Assembly (NCBI GenBank): GCA_963752255.1
Contig: CAVVXT010000014.1
Span: 1 to 64,000 of the forward strand
DNA from: Nitrososphaeria archaeon
GTDB lineage: Archaea > Thermoproteota > Nitrososphaeria > JACIWG01
Reading direction: 5' to 3'
DNA length: 64,000 nucleotides
The notes beneath the pieces are model-generated. The model did no database searches. It was not told the origin of the DNA and saw only the letters and a list, made by a program, of their open reading frames with translations. The first letter of the stretch is position 1. Each line of letters starts with the position of its first letter. The position numbers and the translations under genes were made by a program. Below are positions 52,270-64,000 of this stretch, in pieces.

Positions 52270-52341
52270 AGCTCCGAGCGGGTTTTGAACCCGCGGCCTA
52301 TAGCTTACAAGGCTATCGCTCTACCACTGAGCTACCGGAGC
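52270..52341 (-). tRNA. tRNA-Thr (TGT)
   Basis: Cloverleaf; ATAGC-CTTGTAA-GCTAT. Confidence 0.95.
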
Positions 52342-52374
52342 TCGTCAAAACTTAATAAAGTAGGTTTAAAACTT

Positions 52375-52686
52375 TTACTTTATATCCATGAAGAGTATCT
52401 TCATAAAAGACTCGAGTTCATCATCACGATAATAGAAAGTCGAATATTCATCTCTTTTTTTTGCGATTAAAAATGCATACAGATGATAGCAGAACTGCCT
52501 CTTCTTCTTAAGTATGTTAAAATAGAAATCTTTGCAAGAACAAAAAGGGGGTTTCTCATTTACTAAATTGTCTCCCTCCTCTCCAATTACGGTCCAAATT
52601 TCTGATTGACTAGGTAAGAACACATGTTTTCTGATAGCTTTACGTTCTAAGGTTAATTGTACTTTGTTCCTAGTCGTTCTTTTCAT
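52375..52686 (-). CDS. SWIM zinc-finger protein
   Basis: FCSCKDF..FCYHL. Confidence 0.85.
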   Translation of the reverse strand: MKRTTRNKVQLTLERKAIRKHVFLPSQSEIWTVIGEEGDNLVNEKPPFCSCKDFYFNILKKKRQFCYHLYAFLIAKKRDEYSTFYYRDDELESFMKILFMDIK

Positions 52687-52730
52687 ATCTAGACGTTAAC
52701 TTATTTAAAGAGTCTTATTTATCAATATCT

Positions 52731-53474
52731 GTGGGTGGCCGAAGAATTGACATACTTTACGATAAAGCTGCTTTAGTTTTTAATTCTCCAAATAAAAACT
52801 TCTTTTGCATTACTGACTTACATTTGGGTTATACGCCTTCATCATCAATTCCATTACATAATAAGAGATTGGCTGAAGAACTTGCTGAAAAAATAGTTGA
52901 ATTATCAAAAAAAGCCAAAGCAGAAAACTTAATTCTCTTAGGCGATGTTAAACACACTATTGTTCGTGTTTCATATTCTGATCGATCATTACTTGATTCA
53001 TTCTTCGCAACCTTAAGGCTGTTCTTTAAAGAAATATACCTTATATTAGGAAATCACGATGGATCAATATCTAAAGCTCTTCCAACTTATGTTAAGCCTA
53101 TAAAAAAAGGCATATTGTTAAATAACGTATATTTTATGCACGGCCATGCTCTTCCAGGGCAAGATGTTCTAAAATCAAACTTGATCGTGATGGGGCATCT
53201 CCATCCATTGTTCTACAAGGAGCATTCACCGTTAAATGGACAACGAGTATGGATTCTCATGAAATTATCATTGAAAAAAGTGTTTCCTTGGAAAGATAAG
53301 ATATATCGGCTGATAGTTATGCCTCCATTTAACTATGAAATTTCTTTCCCTATGGGTCACATATACACTCCAAATCTCAATAGCAGAATATCTCCTTTGT
53401 TGAACAGATGCAAAGAAGATGTGCTTGAAACTAAGATAATATCCCTTGATGGAACTATTCTGTCACAAGTTTGA
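52731..53474 (+). CDS. Calcineurin-like metallophosphoesterase
   Basis: DLHLG, LGDVKH, GNHD, HGH and GHLHP. Confidence 0.9.
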   Translation: MGGRRIDILYDKAALVFNSPNKNFFCITDLHLGYTPSSSIPLHNKRLAEELAEKIVELSKKAKAENLILLGDVKHTIVRVSYSDRSLLDSFFATLRLFFKEIYLILGNHDGSISKALPTYVKPIKKGILLNNVYFMHGHALPGQDVLKSNLIVMGHLHPLFYKEHSPLNGQRVWILMKLSLKKVFPWKDKIYRLIVMPPFNYEISFPMGHIYTPNLNSRISPLLNRCKEDVLETKIISLDGTILSQV

Positions 53475-53570
53475 TCATTTAAGAATAAATTAAACTTATC
53501 CAAGTTTCGCCCCAAATGCCTTTCCGCTTGTAATAAGTTGTGGTCATGCAAACTATCTAACAGTTTAGTA

Positions 53571-53646
53571 TGGGGTCGGTGGGATTTGAACCCACGATTT
53601 CACGGGCCCGAGCCGTGTAGCCTGAACCATGCTAGCTGACGACCCC
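53571..53646 (-). tRNA. tRNA-Pro (CGG)
   Basis: Cloverleaf; CACGG-CTCGGGC-CCGTG. Confidence 0.93.
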
Positions 53647-53715
53647 CCCTTAACATCGATATCAAAAGGATAACCATATATACCCTTATCAAGTCTAAAA
53701 AAAATCGCCGAGGGC

Positions 53716-53818
53716 GCCGAGATACCATTTCGCTCGAGAGCTCAGCTTGGTCAGAGCGTTGGACTCATAATCCAGAGGCCGCGGGTTCGAAACATTCGCG
53801 AGAAGCCCGCTCTCGGCA
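53716..53818 (+). tRNA. Elongator tRNA-Met (CAT) with two non-canonical introns: 8/9 (53724-53738) and 59/60 (53792-53804)
   Basis: The spliced sequence forms a full cloverleaf GCCGAGA..TCTCGGC-A; both inserts have BHB geometry. Confidence 0.88.
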
Positions 53819-53849
53819 TTAACATTATCTAATTTTATAGAAAATAAAA

Positions 53850-53923
53850 AGCCCTAGGCGGGGATTGAACCCGCGGCCTCCGCCTTACCAAGGCGGCGCT
53901 CAACCAGGCTGAGCTACCAGGGC
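53850..53923 (-). tRNA. tRNA-Thr (GGT)
   Basis: Cloverleaf; CCGCC-TTGGTAA-GGCGG. Confidence 0.95.
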
Positions 53924-54063
53924 ACGAATACCCTTATCTTTTTTGTATTTATTATTTAAAGTAGTTGTTCTCAAGTTTTTTTTAATTTTTTTGTGCTTGT
54001 AACTGGTAAACCAAATATTTTTATATGAAATAACTGTCGGGTCTTTCGTAACATTGAGCTAAA

Positions 54064-56485
54064 ATGTCAGAAAATAAAGAGTCACGAAAAACCTTTGAAC
54101 CTAAGGATGAATTTGAAATGCTTGAGTATTGGAAGAAATTGGATGTTTATCATTCTTTTAGTAAGTCATATGACTGGTTTGTCATAGATATTCCTCCACC
54201 TTACGCAACAGGATCAATGCATGTTGGTGGCTCAGCGCATTACATTCAGATCGATATGATCGCTAGATATTTTAGAATGAATAAGATGAATGTTAACTTT
54301 CCTTGGGGAGTTGACAGGAACGGTTTACCTGTTGAATTAATAGCAGAAAAAAAGTTGAACAAAAGAGCGACAGAAATACCACGCGACATCTTCCTGCAAC
54401 AATGCAAAAAAATTCTTGATGAAACAGAGCATAGAATAGTAGATACACTCTTACGTGTTGGCTTAAGTTGTGATTTCGATCGAGGTTATAAAACGGATTC
54501 TCCAGAATTTCGTGCCTTCACGCAATCGACTTTTATCAAGGTTTGGGATAAGGGATTAGTTTATGAGGAAGAGCGACCTGTTAACTGGTGCCCAAGTTGT
54601 AGAACCACTATCGCTGATGCGGAATTGGATAAAGAAGAAAGAACTTCATCACTGTTCCACATAAGATTCGATCTTAAAAATGACAGAGATAAGGTTGATC
54701 AAATCGTTGTAGCGACAACGCGACCTGAGCTGATTGGAGCTTGTCAAGCAATAATATATAATCCTTCAGATTCTAGGTACTCATACCTAGATAGCAGATC
54801 TGCCATAGTACCAGTTTATGGTCACAAGGTTCCAATTATTTCTCATCCATATGCAAAACCCGAATTTGGGAGTGGCATAATTATGATTTGCTCTTATGGA
54901 GATCAATCAGATATCCGCCTCTTTAAGGAATTGAAGCTTAAGCCAAGAGTGTTACTTAACGAGGATGCACGGATAAAGGAAAATGCAGGACCGCTAGGCA
55001 GGGCTTAAAGTGAATGATGCGAGAAAAAAGATACTATCCATACTAGAAGGAGAAGGTAGACTAATCAAGAAAGAATCTACTGTACAAACAGTACCTGTCT
55101 GCTGGCGTTGTTCAACTCCTGTAGAATATATTAACGTGAAAGAATACTATCTTAAGCAAATTGATTTTCTTCAAGATATACTCAAATTTTCAAGGGAACA
55201 GATAAGTTTCTTTCCTCCCGAATCAGTTAACATACTGATAGACTGGATTAGTTCGATATCTTCTGATTGGCCGATCTCCCGGAGACGCTTCTACGGTACA
55301 GAATTGCCTGTATGGTACTGTAAAAAATGTGGCACACCAAATCTTCCACCACCTGGACCATATTATCAGCCTTGGAGAGAAAATTTTCCATTAAAGTCAT
55401 GCAAAAAATGTGGTGGTAAAGAATTCGTTGGAGAAGATCGTACCTTTGACACATGGGTCGATTCGAGTATTTCAGCTTTGTATATATTAGAAATGGCAAA
55501 GAAACTTGGCTATGCAGAACTGTCAGTCCCAGTAAGCATTCGTCCTCAAGGAATTGACATAGTTAGAACTTGGCTTTTTTATTCATTACTACGTATTTAT
55601 CAGCTAACTGATAAACCCGCCTTTAAATGGGTTCGTATTTCTGGAATGGGTCTCGACGAACATGGGCATGCTATGCATCGACACCTTGGCAATGTTGTAT
55701 ACCCTGAATCAATGGTAAACAGATACGGCGCAGATTCCTTCAGGTTATGGACTGCCAGCGAATCCAAATTGGGTTCTAATTATCTATTTTCAGAAAGTAG
55801 AGTTGCTGGTGCAAGAAAATTCATTACAAAATTATGGAATGTTTATAGATTTATCTCACAATTTGAGCCTCTTAAAGAAGGTGAGTACGAACTCGAGCCG
55901 ATTGACATCGCAATTTTAGAAAAGCTTGACGAATTAGTCTTAGAGTGTAAAAATTCCTTTAAACAGCTAGATCCATTTGGAGCTGCAAAGTCTATTAGAT
56001 ACTTTGTCTGGGATATATTTGCTGACCACTACATAGAAGCCGTTAAATCACGTGTGTACAACAGGAGTAATGATTTTTCATCTTATTCATCAAAAGGAGC
56101 CGTCTATACTTTATACTTTGTTTTAGACAATGTCTCCAAACTACTCGCCCCGATTTCACCATTTGTTACAGAAGGCATCTATCAGGCTATTCCGCATCAT
56201 AAGAAGAGCATACACATAGAAGATTATCCTTCTCCTAGGGGATTAGAAAAGAAATACTCACCTGTCTTTGACATGTTTATGCAGTTGAACTCTATGATTT
56301 GGAATTACAAGAAAGGAAAATCTCTATCTTTGACATCCGCCGTTTCTGGGTTATGTATTCCATCAGAGCTTAAGGTCTTTGAAAAAGAGATCACTTCTAT
56401 GCACAAAATCGGTGTTATCACATACGATACTGCATCAGTAAAAGATTTCGAAAAACTTTCTGAGAATTATTTCATAAAACTATAG
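54064..56485 (+). CDS. valS: Valyl-tRNA synthetase (1-nt frameshift near 54998)
   Basis: PPPY..HVGG, TTRPEL, DWPISRRR, FDTWVDS and MHRHLGN (KMSKS variant). Confidence 0.93.
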
Positions 56486-56489
56486 TTCG

Positions 56490-57752
56490 CTAATGGTCCC
56501 TTATTCTGTACCTTAAGAGAACGCCTATTCCCCCGAAGTTCTTTAACATCGCTCCAGACTCAGTCTTTGATGAAATAACCTCAACTTTCGCACCTATAGG
56601 GTCTGCTTTTTCTGCTATATAGTCTATATAGTCTTCTTCTTCCGTATCATAGTCTGTCTTTTGACATTTACTGCAAGGACTAGAAAGTACTTCCTGTTTT
56701 CTCTTAACATACTCTTCACGTGACAGATACTCTATTATTTCGTTGCCGCATGACTTACACTTTACCTTTAGCCTTATCAAGTTCAAATCATCAACTACTA
56801 CGACTGTTTCAGCGTTCCCTTGTTTAAGACTTTTTTCTACCGGTTCAATACCATAAGCTGCGAGACCATCCTCTCTTGAGGCTTCGCGGAGAAAGTTCTG
56901 AACTAGCTTTATCTCCTCAACCAATCTAAGATTTTCTAAGGTTTCTCCGGATTTCATTACTGTCTCCCGAATTCCCTCTTCACCAGAATACGAAGTGTCT
57001 ATAATGGCAGCTACCTTTTCCTTCAGTTGGTAGTGTAAGTAATCTCCTTTCAGGAAATCCTCTTTGGTGGGTCCTGGACCGCTGACTATTAATTTGCTTA
57101 TCTTGCTTTCTTCCATAAATGTCTTTACAGTATGCCTTGCAATACGATGGAAGAACTCATTAACCTCAGCTTCTCTTAGTCGTTCGAATCTTCTTGCAGA
57201 CTGGCCACCAGCTCTATGTTTCCCAGAGATTCCTGAAGTTAAGACGTCAACAACTTCAACCCTATCACCCGATAGAAGTCCTAAGCCAGCTTCCGTCGTA
57301 TCTATTGTAAGTACGCCAATGATTGTCTCTTCTTTCAGCATATCCTGTAGAATTTCAACATGGAAGTGGTCGTCGCAGCGGTAAAGATAGTTTTGTACAG
57401 GCTTTATCGGTACAACTTCATACATAAAAATTGTCTCGCTCCCTAATCCGTTTGTTGGTAACGCACCACAAAATATAACTAACCCATTTTCTGGAACTTG
57501 TTTGTAAAGCTTTAATCTCTGCATGGTTTTTACCAGAGCATCCTGTACATGAGTTCGAGTCGTATCTGATTTTATGTTCGATGCTGTTCCCCACTCATCT
57601 CTTAATGAATTGAGTACTTCATGAATAGGTTTTCCTGGAGGAATATATAATGAAACAAGTTCTGTTCCCCGACCACTTTTTTTTGATAGCTCTGATACTA
57701 ATCGCTTCAGACGATATATCTCTACTGAACTTCTATTTTGTGGGTTGCTCAT
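56490..57752 (-). CDS. prf1: Peptide chain release factor aRF1
   Basis: GTELVSLYIP, NIKS, YRCD and GGQSARRF. Confidence 0.97.
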   Translation of the reverse strand: MSNPQNRSSVEIYRLKRLVSELSKKSGRGTELVSLYIPPGKPIHEVLNSLRDEWGTASNIKSDTTRTHVQDALVKTMQRLKLYKQVPENGLVIFCGALPTNGLGSETIFMYEVVPIKPVQNYLYRCDDHFHVEILQDMLKEETIIGVLTIDTTEAGLGLLSGDRVEVVDVLTSGISGKHRAGGQSARRFERLREAEVNEFFHRIARHTVKTFMEESKISKLIVSGPGPTKEDFLKGDYLHYQLKEKVAAIIDTSYSGEEGIRETVMKSGETLENLRLVEEIKLVQNFLREASREDGLAAYGIEPVEKSLKQGNAETVVVVDDLNLIRLKVKCKSCGNEIIEYLSREEYVKRKQEVLSSPCSKCQKTDYDTEEEDYIDYIAEKADPIGAKVEVISSKTESGAMLKNFGGIGVLLRYRIRDH

Positions 57753-57807
57753 TCCCTCTCACGTCATATTTTTATTTTGCTTGATGTATACTTAGTGCGA
57801 GATACCC

Positions 57808-58500
57808 TTGCATCGTATAGTAATTAAATTGAGTGGTTCGGTCTTCAAGACTCCTATAAACGTTGGGCTAATAAAAGACCTATGTGAAGCGTTTACTTTT
57901 ATTATCAAAGAAGGCGTACAACCGGTAATCGTCACTGGAGGCGGTGAGCTAGCTCGAACCTATATTAATGTGATGAGAGCTTTAAAATCAGATGAAACGA
58001 CCTTAGATGAGATTGGTATCGCCTCATCGAGGTTGAATGCAAGAATTATCATTACATGTCTGGGAAATATATCATATCCCATTATACCATCTGACATGGA
58101 TGAGGTATCAATTGCACTTGACTCTAAAAAAGCTGTAGTTCTAGGTGGGCTTTACCCCGGTCATTCAACAAATGCTACAGCGGCTTTAGTGGCAGAAAAA
58201 TCCAATGCTGACCTTTTCGTTAACGCAACAGATGTCGATGGCGTGTATTCAAGTGACCCACGAATTAATAAGAAGGCAAAGAAATTCACTAAAATTGACA
58301 CCAAAACACTTTTTAAATTGATAGGAAAATCTCCTATGAATGCAGGTGCTTATGACCTTATGGACCCACTATCCATTAAAATAATTGAACGTTCAAAAGT
58401 AAAGACAAGGATTATTCTTTGTACTCCTAAGAATATCATGGCCACCTTTAAGGGCACTCCTATAGGTACAGAAGTTTTAGTGGATGGGACAATTTCCTGA
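57808..58500 (+). CDS. pyrH: UMP kinase
   Basis: KLSGS, TGGG..AR, PGHSTNA and TDVDGVY..DP. Confidence 0.95.
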   Translation: MHRIVIKLSGSVFKTPINVGLIKDLCEAFTFIIKEGVQPVIVTGGGELARTYINVMRALKSDETTLDEIGIASSRLNARIIITCLGNISYPIIPSDMDEVSIALDSKKAVVLGGLYPGHSTNATAALVAEKSNADLFVNATDVDGVYSSDPRINKKAKKFTKIDTKTLFKLIGKSPMNAGAYDLMDPLSIKIIERSKVKTRIILCTPKNIMATFKGTPIGTEVLVDGTIS

Positions 58501-59127
58501 GAAATCTAAAATGTTTTACCAATAGCTAAAAGACATTAATCTTATTCTGCAAGTAAAAGCTGTTATTTGTGCACAACTTCTCTAATTATTTTGATAGGGA
58601 ATGATAATTTTTAAGATAGTGGTTGTAAATTTATGGTAAAATCAAGTTTACAAGTGTTTTCTGTTCTCCAAATTATAACAGAGCACCTAAATATTCAGAA
58701 TTAAATTCGATACCAAGTAGAGGTAAGTGTGTAGTCAAAAAATAAGTGCAAATGAAAAATATATCGCACAAATATCTAAGAAAAACTCCAGAAAAATAGC
58801 ATAGGATGATTTATATATTATTCTGAATAAAATTGATTTCTAATATTCGTCTTCTGTGAATCAATAGCGGATCGAAGACAGATAGAATTTCTGTCTGCTC
58901 TTTACCGATTGATGCGTTATTACATCAAAAAACTTATGACTTCATAGTCACATACTTTTCCCGATAATTTTTGACCTATAATAAAAAGTACCCAAAAGCT
59001 ATCCAAACCTTCCATGCAACACCTTTTACTATTTAATGTTTGTTTGAGCAGTGTGATGTCAAGGCACTCTTCTTCTGATCACTATTAGTTAGCAAGTAAT
59101 AATCGATATTCACATCCACGAGAGCAG

Positions 59128-59212
59128 TGCGGGGGGTGGGATTCGAACCCACGAACGCCTTCGCGAACAGATCTTGAGTCTGTCCCCTTTGACCTAACTC
59201 GGGGACCCCCGC
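59128..59212 (-). tRNA. tRNA-Leu (CAA)
   Basis: ACAGA-CTCAAGA-TCTGT; long variable arm. Confidence 0.95.
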
Positions 59213-59479
59213 ACCTAAAATTTATCCTGCTCAATTTATAAAATTATAATCGAATAACTATTGTATATCTTATTTTTTTTGATATAGCAATACTTTTATA
59301 TCCCTCCTTAGCGGTTTAATGTTTGCGCACTAGGCGGCGCTTTGTTAGAGCTTAGGGACGTAGTCCCTTATGGTGATGAATAACTGGCCTCCAGTTGCGC
59401 GAACAAAGATGGAGATTCGAATGTAGAATTCGGATCTAACGTTGGTCATGCTACTCGTCAATTAATCAATTTGTATCCG

Positions 59480-60983
<1,504 letters not shown>

Positions 60984-61129
60984 TTGAACGTTGGTTAACT
61001 GACGAGTAGCATGATTAACGCCTTAGATGCAATTCGTGATCTAGACGATCATGGATGAAGGACATAGAGGGCTATATTCCCTCAATGATTGTCGTGCATA
61101 GTTGCGACAGCCAGAATAGTATTCCTGAT

Positions 61130-64000
<2,871 letters not shown>

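Noticed and set aside
54985-55015. valS split as a programmed frameshift or intron
   Set aside because: Removing one G (CTAGGCA to CTAGCA) restores AGPLAGLKV. No BHB or slippery site is visible, so a sequencing error is most likely.

Overview
The window looks like three unrelated sequences joined end to end. About 1-897 is GC-rich bacterial DNA (TolB-like, AhpD/CMD and dienelactone hydrolase fragments). About 898-2503 is AT-rich bacterial DNA (lipoprotein, folE, response regulator). About 2504-64000 is an AT-rich archaeal core-genome contig, probably TACK and Thaumarchaeota-like (PolD, Elf1, no tRNA-Ala in the 16S-23S spacer). The archaeal part carries translation, transcription and replication genes, a cdc6-linked origin with ORB boxes, an archaeal mevalonate-pathway operon, aglB, RNase P RNA, eight tRNAs and the 16S-23S operon. 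The main finding is a 17-nt insertion (23834-23850) in an ATP-NAD/AcoX kinase-family gene. It folds into a canonical bulge-helix-bulge (BHB) motif, and its removal restores the reading frame and the conserved NPIAGLGG..GLKGTD motif. It is therefore a candidate endonuclease-spliced mRNA intron outside cbf5. Also notable: a tRNA-Met with two non-canonical introns and a leader that copies the acceptor strand; a C/D-box sRNA whose two guides match tRNA-Met C34 and 23S rRNA in this same window; an OSTC/DC2-like membrane protein; and a collapsed XPD helicase remnant. Several single-base frameshifts in homopolymers look like sequencing errors. All calls were made by eye, without database searches.
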